From NCBI GenBank assembly GCA_963842685.1, contig CAWJHT010000046.1, positions 1,440 through 65,439 of the forward strand: DNA of 64,000 bases. The letters run 5' to 3'. The notes under the pieces were generated by a model. The model saw only the letters and a program-made list of their open reading frames with translations. It was not told the DNA's origin and made no database searches. Positions 1 to 9,864 of this stretch are shown piece by piece; position 1 is the stretch's first letter, and each line of letters opens with the position of its first letter. This DNA comes from an uncultured delta proteobacterium. GTDB taxonomy: Bacteria; Desulfobacterota; Syntrophia; Syntrophales; UBA5619. The translations under genes were made by a program, and so were the position numbers.

Positions 1-686
1 CACCACTCGACAACGTCACAGGCAAAATGAACCGCCCGGTCCATCGGAAAAATGTAGGTCCCCCGGGCAATATACTCCTTGATCGGATCGTTCTGCAGAT
101 CCACCACGTATTCCTCAGGCTTCAAACCCTGCTTTTCACCCAGGGCGATGAACAGCGCCAACGCAATCGGCCCAATCGAGTTCCCCAGAATGCCGACCCG
201 TTTGAAGCTATTGAGGGGAATCCCACCGAAAAGAATCTCCATGTCCTGAAGCGAATTGATCGCCACGCCGACCCGGCCAATCTCCCCCTTGGACATGATG
301 TGATCCGAATCATAACCGATCTGGGTCGGCAAATCGGCCGCGATATGTACCTCGTCGGCCCCCCAGGCGAGAATCTTCTTGTACCGCTCGTTGCAATCCT
401 CCGCGTTGCCGAACCCGGAATAGACCCGAACGTTGAACGGCTCCCCTCGGTTCATGCTGGGGTTGATCCCCCGCGTGTACGGAAACTCCCCCGGGAAACC
501 CAGGTCCCTCTCGTAGTCAAAACCCGCCTCCGCCAAATCCAGAGGCGTGTAAACCGGCTTCACCTCAATCCCGACATCGGTCACATAATGCGACCGGCGC
601 TCCGGCTTCTTCTCAATGTATTTCCCCCGAATTTCCCGCTCCCAACACTGCCGGGAAACCGATAACTTCTTGTCAGACTCATTCAT
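1..686 (-). CDS. Acyl-CoA mutase (methylmalonyl-CoA mutase family) catalytic subunit, paralog B. Only the N-terminal ~228 codons are in the window.
   Basis: The minus-strand reading from the ATG (complement of 684-686) gives MNESDKKLSVSRQRWEREIRGKYIEKKPERRSHYVTDVGIEVKPVYTPLDLAEAGFDYERDLGFPGEFPYTRGINPSMNRGEPFNVR.YSGFGNAEDCNERYKKILAWGADEV... This is collinear with the gene starting at 2885. The frame is open to the window edge, which is probably why the ORF track does not list it. Confidence 0.8.
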   Translation of the reverse strand, partial: MNESDKKLSVSRQCWEREIRGKYIEKKPERRSHYVTDVGIEVKPVYTPLDLAEAGFDYERDLGFPGEFPYTRGINPSMNRGEPFNVRVYSGFGNAEDCNERYKKILAWGADEVHIAADLPTQIGYDSDHIMSKGEIGRVGVAINSLQDMEILFGGIPLNSFKRVGILGNSIGPIALALFIALGEKQGLKPEEYVVDLQNDPIKEYIARGTYIFPMDRAVHFACDVVEW

Positions 687-698
687 GCTCCTACCCCC
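1..698. repeat. Copy 1 of a direct duplication of at least 698 bp (partner at 2200..2897), cut by the window edge
   Basis: Base-by-base comparison at a constant offset of 2199. There are no indels and about 18 substitutions, and the first 225 bp are identical. Similarity ends just upstream of the shared ATG (ctacccccg, then divergence). Confidence 0.9.
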
Positions 699-737
699 GG
701 TCCCGAAAATATGAATCCAAGGTGCAAATCAATGTCA

Positions 738-1187
738 TTAATGCCTGTTTTCACTTCCGACCGTTAGTACAAATTCTACAATCTCTTTCAATGAACTGCC
801 GGCAGGGTACAGTTCCCGGACCCCCATCTCCTTCAGCGTCACGATATCCTCTACCGGAACCACCCCTCCACCGATCACAACAATCTTCTCCGCACCCCTC
901 TCCTTCAGCAGGCGAAGGATCTCCGGGAAAAAAGTCATGTGCGCACCGGACAAGATACTGATCCCGATCACATCCACATCCTCCTGGATCGCCGCTTCAA
1001 CCACCATCTCCGGTGTCTGACGAAGACCCGTATAGATCACTTCCATCCCCGCATCCGCAAGGGCACGGGCCACCACCTTGGCTCCCACTTCGTGGCCGTC
1101 CAGACCCACCTTGGCAACCAAAACCCGGACTCTCTTCCCTATCTCCCGTCCATCCATCTCCCCTACCCCCAACAGGCCTGCAGACAT
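738..1187 (-). CDS. Cobalamin (B12)-binding small subunit of a split acyl-CoA mutase
   Basis: Intact ORF carrying the DxHxxG cobalamin signature (GLDGHEVGAKVV) and the SILSGAH...GGG motifs of MCM C-terminal domains. A GAGG sits 9 nt upstream of the ATG at 1187. The gene begins 13 nt after the upstream mutase stop (1200-1202). Confidence 0.9.
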   Translation of the reverse strand: MSAGLLGVGEMDGREIGKRVRVLVAKVGLDGHEVGAKVVARALADAGMEVIYTGLRQTPEMVVEAAIQEDVDVIGISILSGAHMTFFPEILRLLKERGAEKIVVIGGGVVPVEDIVTLKEMGVRELYPAGSSLKEIVEFVLTVGSENRH

Positions 1188-1199
1188 TGAAAACAACCT

Positions 1200-2885
1200 C
1201 TAAAACTGAGCAACAACCCGGTGTTCACCGTAGACCTCGCGCAGAACCTGGCACATTTCACCCACCGTCGCGTACGCCCTTACCGCCTCCAGAGCAGGCT
1301 CCACCATATTCTCCCCTCGTAGGGCCGCCTCCCGAACACCGGACAAGGTCTCCCTGACCCTCGACCCGTCCCTCTCCGCCTTCAGCGCCTTCAGTCTCGC
1401 CAATTGCCGCTCTTCCACCCGGGGATCCACACGAAAGGCTCCCGGAGGAAGACGCCTCGTCGCTCTTGAACAGATTCACCCCGACGGAAACCCGCTCCCC
1501 AGACTCAAACTCCCGCTGCCGCTTGACCGCACCCCGCGTGATGACCCCCTGACAATACCCCTTCTCGATCGCCAAAAGCGACTCCCCCCAACTCCTCCAC
1601 TTTGGCCATCTCCGCGAGAATGCCCCGCTCGATCTCCTTGGTCAGGCTCTCCAGATAATACGAACCGCCCAGAGGATCCACCGTCCTGGAAAATCCCAAC
1701 TCATGAGCGATAATTTGAAGGGTGCGGATCGAAACCTTGCAGGCCTCGTCGTTGGGCGTCGCCATCGCCTCGTCGTAGGAGGCGTCCTGAAGGAACTGCA
1801 CCCCGCCCAATGCATAGGCCAGGGCGGCAAAGGCGATCCGGACGATGTTGTTCTTCGGCTCCTTGAGGGTCTCGCCCCCATGGGAATAGGAGTTCAGTCT
1901 TGATGGCCATCGCACGGGGATCTGTCGCGCCGAAGCGGTCCCGCATCAAACCGGCCCACACTTTCCGCGCCGCACGACAGTTGCCGATCGTCACAAAAAA
2001 ATCCTCCCGCTCATCCGCGTAACAGATCCAGCAGGGGTGCAGATCTGGTCGATCGAAAGATCCGCGCCGCATCAGATCGTCAATGTACACCAGCCCGTTC
2101 GACATCGCGAAGGCCGTCCCTTTCGTCGATCCCGCCCCGGCGGCGTTGATGTGGTTCACGCACAGCGTCATCGGATACCAGTGCGGCGCCTTCCGGGCAC
2201 ACCACTCGACAACGTCACAGGCAAAATGAACCGCCCGGTCCATCGGAAAAATGTAGGTCCCCCGGGCAATATACTCCTTGATCGGATCGTTCTGCAGATC
2301 CACCACGTATTCCTCAGGCTTCAAACCCTGCTTTTCACCCAGGGCGATGAACAGCGCCAACGCAATCGGCCCAATCGAGTTCCCCAGAATGCCGACCCGT
2401 TTGAAGCTATTGAGGGGAATCCCATCGAAAAGAATCTCCATGTCCTGAAGCGAATTGATCGCCACGCCGACCCGACCGATCTCCCCCTTGGACATGATGT
2501 GATCCGAATCATAACCGATCTGGCCGGGCAGATCAGAAGCGATCTGTACCTCGTCGGCCCCCCAGGCGAGAATCTTCTTGTACCGCTCGTTGCAGTCCTC
2601 CGCGTTGCCGAACCCGGAATAGATCCGGACGTTGAACGGCTCCCCCCGGTTCATGCTGGGGTTGATCCCCCGCGTGTACGGAAACTCCCCCGGGAAACCC
2701 AGGTCCCTCTCGTAGTCAAAACCCGCCTCCGCCAAATCCAGAGGCGTGTAAACCGGCTTCACCTCAATCCCGACATCGGTCACATAATGCGACCGGCGCT
2801 CCGGCTTCTTCTCGATGTATTTCCCCCGAATTTCCCGCTCCCAACGCTGCCGGGAAACCGATAACTTCTTGTCGGACTCATTCAT
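1200..2885 (-). CDS. Acyl-CoA mutase (methylmalonyl-CoA mutase family) catalytic subunit, paralog A. Interrupted by about 3 frameshifts in this assembly.
   Basis: The family sequence runs through four ORF-track pieces: 1701..2981, 1505..1915, 1258..1575 and 1200..1430, with frame switches near 1915, 1570 and 1435. Motifs seen: FPYTRGI, RIYSGFG, DLPGQIGYDSD, QNDPIKEYIARGTYIFP and VGGVQFL. The likely start is MNESDKK at 2885, the same as paralog B. Confidence 0.85.
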
Positions 2886-2897
2886 GCTCCTACCCCC
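2200..2897. repeat. Copy 2 of the direct duplication (partner at 1..698)
   Basis: See copy 1. It covers the 5' 686 nt of mutase paralog A plus about 12 nt of its leader. Confidence 0.9.
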
Positions 2898-2937
2898 GAT
2901 TCTATGAACGTAACCTTTCCCAGGAACAAAGCCTCGT

Positions 2938-4170
2938 CTAAATGGTTCCCTCATCGGTAAGTTCGGCCAGCGCCTTGTCATTCAGATCAAGCCATTCACC
3001 GTAAATTTCGGCATTGTTCTGTCCCAAGCTGGGCGCGGGTCTGTCAAAACCTGCTTTGGACACACTAAAGCGGATCGGTAGGCCAGCTGCCTTCACAGAG
3101 GGAACCTCTCCGTAGAGAGGATGGAGGACCGGAACAACCGCACCGGAATCCAGGAAATTTTTGTCTGCCAGGACTTCCGGGATATTACGGACCTTGGCAC
3201 AGGGAATGCCTTGGGATTCTAATCCCTTCAGAACATCCTCGACCGATCGGTTCTCAGACCATGCATTGATTATGGCATCCACTTCATCCGCAAGTTTGAG
3301 CCTCCCCAGCTGGTCCTTGTATCGCACATCCTCGTACAGGTCTTCCCTTCCCATTACCGTAAGAATCTTTCTCCAATGTTCATTGCCACCGCTGGCGATT
3401 ACATAGTAGCCATCCCTGGCTTTATAGGCGTTGAAGGGTGTCAGTCTGGTCAATCGACTTCCGCTACGCGGTGGTTGACCCTGTGTCCCCCAATAATCAT
3501 GAGCTTCATCCATCATCATTGACAGAACACTTTCGAGCATCGAAACCGTTAGTTCCTGACCTCTTCCCGTTTTACGCCGGTGTTCTAGTGCGGCCAAAAT
3601 ACCGATACAAGAAAAAAGCCCCCCGCCTAGATCACTGACGGCAATACCTGATTTCATTGGAGGTCCATCTGGATCGCCATTCATACTCATGGCACCCCCA
3701 ATCGCCTGGATGACAATATCGAAAGCCGGCAGATTGGCGTATGCACCTTCCGGCCCGAAACCGGTCAACGCACAATAGACGATCCCTGGGTTCGCCTCCG
3801 ATAACACGGGGTAGGACAATCCTAGTTTCTTCATGGTCCCAGGACGGAAATTTTCCATTACCACATCCGCTTTTGCTACCAAACGAAGAAAGAGTTCCTT
3901 TCCTTTAGGAGAATTCAGGTTCAATGTAATCGCCTTTTTGTTCCGGCAGCGTTTGAGAATGGTCAATGAAATATCTTCCTTCGTCTGCCGAGAAAAACTC
4001 AACCCTTTCTCTCCGGCATAGGGTGGAAAGAGACGGGCGGGGTCTCCACTATCGGGCCTTTCGATCTTGATTACCTCCGCCCCAAGCCCACTGAAGACCA
4101 TCGTACAATAAGAACCGGCAAGAAACTGTGTTAAATCTAGAATTCGAATACCTTCTAATGGTTTTGACAT
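2938..4170 (-). CDS. Family III CoA-transferase (CaiB/BaiF type)
   Basis: Intact 410-aa ORF. The N-terminus LEGIRILDLTQFLAGSYCTMVFSGLGAEVIKIERPDSGDPAR matches the family III signature. It lies on the same strand as the mutase genes, directly upstream of them. Confidence 0.9.
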   Translation of the reverse strand: MSKPLEGIRILDLTQFLAGSYCTMVFSGLGAEVIKIERPDSGDPARLFPPYAGEKGLSFSRQTKEDISLTILKRCRNKKAITLNLNSPKGKELFLRLVAKADVVMENFRPGTMKKLGLSYPVLSEANPGIVYCALTGFGPEGAYANLPAFDIVIQAIGGAMSMNGDPDGPPMKSGIAVSDLGGGLFSCIGILAALEHRRKTGRGQELTVSMLESVLSMMMDEAHDYWGTQGQPPRSGSRLTRLTPFNAYKARDGYYVIASGGNEHWRKILTVMGREDLYEDVRYKDQLGRLKLADEVDAIINAWSENRSVEDVLKGLESQGIPCAKVRNIPEVLADKNFLDSGAVVPVLHPLYGEVPSVKAAGLPIRFSVSKAGFDRPAPSLGQNNAEIYGEWLDLNDKALAELTDEGTI

Positions 4171-4248
4171 ACAGATTTTCTCCTTCCTATACTTTTGCAG
4201 GTTTATCGGATATCTTTAGACGGCTTTTTCTTTTGATCGCATTTCAAT

Positions 4249-5035
4249 TCATTTTACGTTGAGAAGGCGTGAGATTCGAGCGGCGCTTTCTAACATTTCC
4301 TCCAAGTTTCTTTTCATAGTTCTCTCATCGCAACGATTTTCGAGGCCAAGAATACTAAGCACAATCGGGGAAAGGATAATTTCTTATCGGGACTGAGATA
4401 CTCGCGCTTCCTTTCAGTCGTTCACTAAAACTGACGGCATAACCCTTTTTTCGAATCCCCCCTATTTCCTTCAGCATGTCCGATTTTTTTGTGATGGTGT
4501 TGATACAAACCGGATCGAAACTGATATGCTCTAAAAGGACCATCAGATCTTCATCGCTCATTTCTGCAAGGAGCATCTTCCCTGCCGATCCGAGATAAAT
4601 GGGATGAATAGATCCCATTCCGGAAATGTATTTGATTTCCTCTGGACTTACGAATTCCTCAATGCAAATCCGTTGCAATCCCATGCGAATCTGGATGTTT
4701 ACCGTTTCTCGGCTGAAATCTCGCAGGCGAATTAATTCCTGACGAGAACAATACAGTAGAAAATCGTGTGTAACGGAGAAAGACGAAGAAAGTCTGATAG
4801 CCAAGGGGCCTAAATAATATTGGTGATTAATCGAGTCCTGTTTGATCATCCCAGTTCCTTCAAGGGTTTTCAAAATTCGATGAATCGTTCCCTTTGCCAA
4901 TTGTAGTCTTTTTGAGATGGAACTGAGTTTATTGGTACCTTCGGAAATGACCCTGAGCACGTTGACTGCTCGAATAATGGAATTGACGTTTTTCTCTTCA
5001 CTCATTCGTTCCACCATGCGGATCATATGTTCCAT
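4249..5035 (-). CDS. IclR-family transcriptional regulator, with one frameshift near 4375
   Basis: The N-terminal wHTH reads SIIRAVNVLRVISEG...LSSISKRLQLAKGTIHRILKTLE, followed by an IclR effector domain. The listed ORF stops at ...NYPFPDCA. The C-terminus continues in the next frame (IVLSILGLENRCDERTMKRNLEEMLESAARISRLLNVK) to a stop at 4249-4251. Confidence 0.85.
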
Positions 5036-5056
5036 TTTTTATCATTTCCAAGCCTT

Positions 5057-5072
5057 TTTTGTCAAGACAAAA
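5057..5072. promoter_or_regulatory. Perfect palindrome TTTTGTC-AA-GACAAAA about 22 nt upstream of the iclR start; candidate operator
   Basis: Read directly: 7-nt arms with a 2-nt spacer. That loop is too tight for an RNA hairpin, which favours a dimeric protein site. It lies in the divergent region between iclR and the dehydrogenase genes. Confidence 0.3.
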
Positions 5073-5725
5073 GTAAAGGCAAAGGTAATTAAATTTAGAT
5101 GCTGAAGAGTTGCGCAGCCTTTGTCCTACTGATAGTACTTCCCCCCATAGTCGATGGACTGCGTACAAACTGTCAAAATCGAAGTCCGCAGTGGAATCAC
5201 ATTTGAGGTGTATCGACCTTAGTACTTGAACCTAATCCTGTGCCCCTTTTTCTTTGCCTATCGATTTATTACCGCTATTTTGCCACTTCTGAAATTTCGG
5301 CAGACCATTTTTCACTGTCAGGTGATTCTGATCACATCTACCGTACAGGTGTCGCTGAATACATTTCACACTACCGGGGCCTCAGGTCATTCTCCATACT
5401 GCATGCATGCCCACCAGAAGGTTGACCCCAGAAGGTCGCGCCGGGAGTGAAGCAGCAGAGCTCCAGACCATCGACTTTAGGACCGTGGAAATGAAAAAAA
5501 AGGAGATTCCCTAACCACGGCATCTGTGTCCTTGGTGCGGGGCCATCCGGCTCAAGCGATTGTCTGACTGGCAATAAGTTGTTTGCATATTAATCGTGAA
5601 GATGTAGAATGTCAGAATTGTGGTCTCCAATTCCGTTGCCACAGGGATGAGGATGCACTATTTTACGAAGAATGAAGCGAGATAGTGTAATGAATTGCTT
5701 ATAAGGTGGAATGACATGTCTCATA

Positions 5726-6748
5726 ATGAAAAGGCAAAAAAAAATCATCGAGCGGTGGAAGGTCGTCATTACTGACTGCGACCACGGCTTCGTGACACTC
5801 GAGAAGGAAGAGATGGATCGGATCGGAGCCAGGATGACTCTGGCTCAAGTGAAGAGCGAGGCAGACGTTATTCGGGTGTGTGGACAAGCCGATGGGCTTC
5901 TGAACCAATATGCACCGTTGACCAGGGCAGTCCTTTGAACGCCTGCCGAAATGCAAGGTCATAGCGAAATATGGGGTTGGAGTAGACTACTGTCGATCTC
6001 AAGGCTGCCACGGATTTCGGGATCATCGTTACGAATGTACCGGACTACTGTTTTGATGAGGTGTCCGACCATACGATCAGTTTGCTGCTGACGCTGGCAA
6101 GAAAGATCACCTTCTTCGATCAAAAGGTGAAGTCCAACCAGTGGGATTTTCGTCAGGGGAGTGCCGATCCACCGGATCAGAAACAAGACCTTGGGGCTCA
6201 TTGGCTGTGGACGAATCGGCCGCGAGGTAGCACGAAAGATGTCGGTTTTTGGGGTGCGGGTGATTGCCTATGATCCCTGGGTTGCGGATACCGGCGGTGC
6301 GATTGCATTTGTTGATCTGGACACCGTCCTGAAAGAGTCGGATTTCATCTCGATACACTGCTCTCTCAACGAATCGACCAGGCATTTGCTTGGAGGACGG
6401 GAATTCAAAAAAATGCAGAAGAAGCCATTTATTATCAATGTCGCCCGCGGACCGATCGTTGAAGAAAAGGAGTTGATTCAGGCATTGAACGAAGGGCAGA
6501 TATCCGGTGCGGGATTGGATGTACTGGAGAAGGAGCCGCCCGATCCCCATAATCCTCTGTTGAAGATGGACAACGTGATCCTCTCTCCTCATGTCGCGTT
6601 TTACTCCGAGGAGTCGATTCGTGAGCTGAAACGACGCGCGGCCGAGGGCGTCTCGGCTGTGCTTCTGGGGAAATGGCCAAGGGTGGTTGTGAACAGGGAA
6701 GTGATCGGGAGAACGCGGGCCTCGATTGCGGGAACTTTTCCAGGATAA
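5726..6748 (+). CDS. D-isomer-specific 2-hydroxyacid dehydrogenase (PGDH/CtBP-like), interrupted by about 3 frameshifts
   Basis: Pieces at 5711..5938, an unlisted frame (DTVDLKAATDFGIIVTNVPDYCFDEVSDHT), 6061..6273 and 6161..6748. The NAD motif is LGLIGCGRIGREVARK. The catalytic region reads INVARGPIVEE...LDVLEKEP...ILSPHVAF. Confidence 0.8.
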
Positions 6749-6780
6749 TGCAATAACCTCACAGGAAGGAGAACATTTAT

Positions 6781-7944
6781 ATGAATTTACAAAGAGTCTA
6801 TATGCAGAATAATCCCGGCAGGCTGGTCTTCGGGCCGAAATCTTTGAATGAGCTGGCCAATGAGATCCCTGCGAATGCGGTTCCCCTCGTCATCACGGAC
6901 AAAGGGGTTTCCAAATCGGGCATTCTCAAGAAGGTCACGGATGTTTTGGAAGGTGCGGGCATCCGCCACCATATTTTTGATGGAATCGAGCCCGATCCTC
7001 CCATGCAAGTCATCGAAAAGGCCGTATCGCTTTATCGGAAGAACAGATGTACGATGGTGATTGGGCTTGGCGGAGGAAGCTCGATTGACGGGGCGAAATC
7101 CGTTAGTTTGATGGTTTCCCATCCGGGAGACATCAGCGAATACGGCGGGGAAAGGTCGTGCCGGGCCCGGTGACACCCATCTATGCGATTCCGACGACAG
7201 CCGGCACCGGGTCTGAAGTGACGGGGCTGTCCGTCATTACGGACCGTGCGAACAAGGTGAAGATGGTGCTGCGGGGTGTGCCGTATCTCATCCCGAAGTG
7301 TGTTTTCCTTGACCCTGAACTTCTCGCCTTTATCCCGCCGCGGGTAGCGGCGGAGACGGGAGGCGATGCCCTGACCCATGCGGTCGAGATGCTACGTTTC
7401 GCAGAACAGCACTGTCATTACGGAAGGACTGGCCCTTTCGGCGATCACGCTGATCGGCAAATACCTTCGCAGGCTGGTGGGAAATCCGGCGGATATGGAA
7501 GCGGCGGAGAACATGCAGCTTGGAAGCTACCTGGCAGGATTCGCTTTTTCCAACGGGGGTCTCGGACTTGTCCATTCCCTTGCCCATCCGGTGGGGGCTC
7601 ACTTTCATTTGAGCCATGGTGTCTCCTGTTCACTTTACCTTCCGGTTGTGATGGAATTCAACCTCCTCACCTGCCCGGAGAAGTTTGCCTGCCATCGCAG
7701 CAGCGCTGGGGGAGGATATTCAGGGGCATGACAGCCCGTCGCGCCGCAAAGGAGGCTGTCAAGGCGGTCAGGGAGTTGTTCGCCGATGTTGGGATTCCGA
7801 TGACATTTTTCGGACCTCGGAGTCAATTTCAAGTTGAGTCCGAAGATGGTTGCGGAGGCCTTGGCCGCGGTTCCGACGCAGGTGAATCCGCGCAGACCGA
7901 ACGAGGCACAGATCACGAACTTATTTAATGCCCCGTTAGACTAG
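6781..7944 (+). CDS. Iron-containing alcohol dehydrogenase family protein, interrupted by about 4 frameshifts
   Basis: Motifs GLGGGSSIDGAKS, IPTTAGTGSEVT, DPELLAFIPPRVAAETGGDALTHAVE and GLGLVHSLAHPVGAHFHLSHG. Frame switches fall near 7150, 7390, 7700 and 7810. The C-terminus ...QITNLFNAPLD ends at a stop at 7942-7944. Confidence 0.8.
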
Positions 7945-7950
7945 CGGTGA

Positions 7951-8280
7951 TTAATAACGGAGAGGGTGGAAGAGCCATACGGGTTTATCGGCAAGCATTA
8001 AGGGTTGGCTTGAGCACCGGAACGATAACGCCTGAAGAACCAGATGAGATCGTCTACCGCATCTGTTTTGGAGGCGGGGGTGGCTTCCGAAATATTGCGA
8101 GCCCCGCCGATCTATCACCGTGACCTTACCGCTGAGGATCCTGAGAGACCTGTAATACATAAACCATGACCGCTCCCGGGCCATCGCGAAGTGTGTCGAA
8201 ACCATAATAGGCAAAGGGATCAGCAGGTTAAACCGGTCGAACTGATTGAGTTGAGGCTCGGGAAAGCGCTCAAATATCCC
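7951..8280 (-). pseudogene. Possible remnant of an alpha/beta-hydrolase N-terminus
   Basis: The minus-strand reading ...NLLIPLPIMVSTHFAMARERSWFMYYRSLRILSGKVTVIDRRG... loosely resembles the hydrolase N-terminal pattern (strand, HG, W, then V.DRRG). There is no start codon and no catalytic core, and it abuts the ADH 3' end. The recognition is weak. Confidence 0.25.
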
Positions 8281-8406
8281 TCAGTTTAATATCCTTGACA
8301 CTTATCTCTCCAGTCGTTACACTCACGCCGTACTGAAATGTGAACCAACAAACAGTTTTTTAAGGTGCTGTGGCCAGCAGAGACAAATTGAAAAAAGGAG
8401 GTTTCT

Positions 8407-8874
8407 ATGGCTGAAAAAAAGGTCATCACTGTCGGGCGTCGAGTGCAGGATTTTTCTCTACCGGACCATGAGGGACAGCAGGTCGGGCTGTCCACTCTTC
8501 GGGGTAAAAAGGTTCTCCTCTCCTGGCACCCGCTTGCCTGGACGTCCCTATGCGCCGAGCAGATGAAAACGCTGGAAAAGAACCGGCGTGCTTTCGCAAA
8601 ACTCAACACTGTGGCTCTGGGACTCAGTGTGGATACGGTCCCCTCAAAAAAGGCCTGGGCCGCCGCGCTGAAGATCAAAGAAACCCGATTGCTCTGCGAT
8701 TTCTGGCCCCATGGAAAGGCGGCTAAGTCTCTGGGACTCTTCCGGCCGATCCAGGGTTTTTCCGAAAGGGCCAACATCATCCTCGACGAAACCGGCAAGG
8801 TGGTCTTTGTCAAGGTCTATCCCATCAAGGAGCTGCCCGATATCACTGAAATCCTGACATTTCTGAAAGCGTAA
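8407..8874 (+). CDS. Peroxiredoxin (AhpC/TSA, Bcp/AhpE-like redoxin)
   Basis: Intact 155-aa ORF. DFSLPDHEGQQVGLSTLRGKKVLLSWHPLAWTSLCAEQ carries the peroxidatic Cys context. A GGAGG sits upstream. Confidence 0.85.
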   Translation: MAEKKVITVGRRVQDFSLPDHEGQQVGLSTLRGKKVLLSWHPLAWTSLCAEQMKTLEKNRRAFAKLNTVALGLSVDTVPSKKAWAAALKIKETRLLCDFWPHGKAAKSLGLFRPIQGFSERANIILDETGKVVFVKVYPIKELPDITEILTFLKA

Positions 8875-8947
8875 CCGCGGCATAGGCAAAGGCGGACGCA
8901 AAGAGAGGTTTGGCGCGCACCATTCGCGCAGGAGAAGAACAAATACC

Positions 8948-9478
8948 ATGGCTGTTTTAACTGGAAAGAAAATGACTGAAACCCAATTGACTACCGGTCA
9001 GATGCTTGACGAGATATCTGTTCAGGCAAAACAATCACCCAGGTTACGCAAGAATTATAATTTTCACCATTCGGATGAAGATATCTGCCACCGCCTTCTC
9101 AATGCGATGGAACCCGGCTCGTATATTCAGCCGCACCGGCATCTGGACAGGAATAAAGATGAAACCCTGGTCGTCATAAGGGGGAAAATGGGTCTGATCC
9201 TGTTTGACGATCACGGTAACATAGAAGAAAAGGCGCTTCTTGAACTGGCCGATCATGCCATGATCGTCAATATCCCTCATGGGAAATTTCACACATGGAT
9301 CTCTTTCGAAGAGCGGAGTGTATTTTTTGAATCCAAGGCGGGACCCTTTTTACCTTTGACCGAGGAGGAAAAGGCGTTTTGGGCTCCTAAAGAAGGGGAT
9401 GCATCATCAGCCGGGTATCTTGCGTCTTTGAAAAAGCGTTTTGAATCTGATAAAAGACAACATGCATCATCAACATAA
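8948..9478 (+). CDS. WbuC-family cupin-fold metalloprotein
   Basis: Intact ORF. SPRLRKNYNFHHSDEDICHRLLNAMEPGSYIQPHRH...ETLVVIRGKMGLILFDDHG...FHTW...FWAPKEG matches my recollection of the WbuC cupin pattern. Confidence 0.65.
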   Translation: MAVLTGKKMTETQLTTGQMLDEISVQAKQSPRLRKNYNFHHSDEDICHRLLNAMEPGSYIQPHRHLDRNKDETLVVIRGKMGLILFDDHGNIEEKALLELADHAMIVNIPHGKFHTWISFEERSVFFESKAGPFLPLTEEEKAFWAPKEGDASSAGYLASLKKRFESDKRQHASST

Positions 9479-9495
9479 ACGCAAAGGAGGGAGTT

Positions 9496-9777
9496 ATGGC
9501 ATTAACAAAGATTGATCTCGTTGGGTTAATTCAGGAGGAAATCGGTTTGTCCAAGAAAGAAGGGGTGGCCTCCGTTGACAGTCTCTTTGAAATCATGAAG
9601 GACGAACTGATCCAAGGAAACCCCGTCAAGATCTCTGGATTTGGAAAGTGGACGATAATGAGCAAACATGCCAGAAAAGGCAGGAATCCCAAGACCGGCA
9701 AGTCGATCACCATCGATGCCCGAAAAGTGGTGTCATTCAAGGTATCAAACGTGCTGAGAAAAACATTAGGCGAATGA
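9496..9777 (+). CDS. HU/IHF-family DNA-binding protein (IHF alpha-like)
   Basis: Intact 93-aa ORF. GFGKWTIMSKHARKGRNPKTGKSITIDARKVVSFKVS is the beta-arm signature. Confidence 0.85.
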   Translation: MALTKIDLVGLIQEEIGLSKKEGVASVDSLFEIMKDELIQGNPVKISGFGKWTIMSKHARKGRNPKTGKSITIDARKVVSFKVSNVLRKTLGE

Positions 9778-9864
9778 TTGACAGGCTCGTTATCGTTTCC
9801 ATTCGTTTCAGAAGGGCTGATCACCTTCCGTCATTCTCTATTAAAAAAACAGGAGGTTTATCCG

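Noticed and set aside
5100-5700. Small ORFs in the AT-rich iclR/dehydrogenase spacer (5226..5450 +, 5240..5425 +, 5371..5574 -) as possible genes or a degraded mobile element
   Set aside because: They overlap one another, lack RBS-like sequences and have odd composition, with no recognisable motif such as a transposase DDE or HTH. I treat them as non-coding regulatory spacer.
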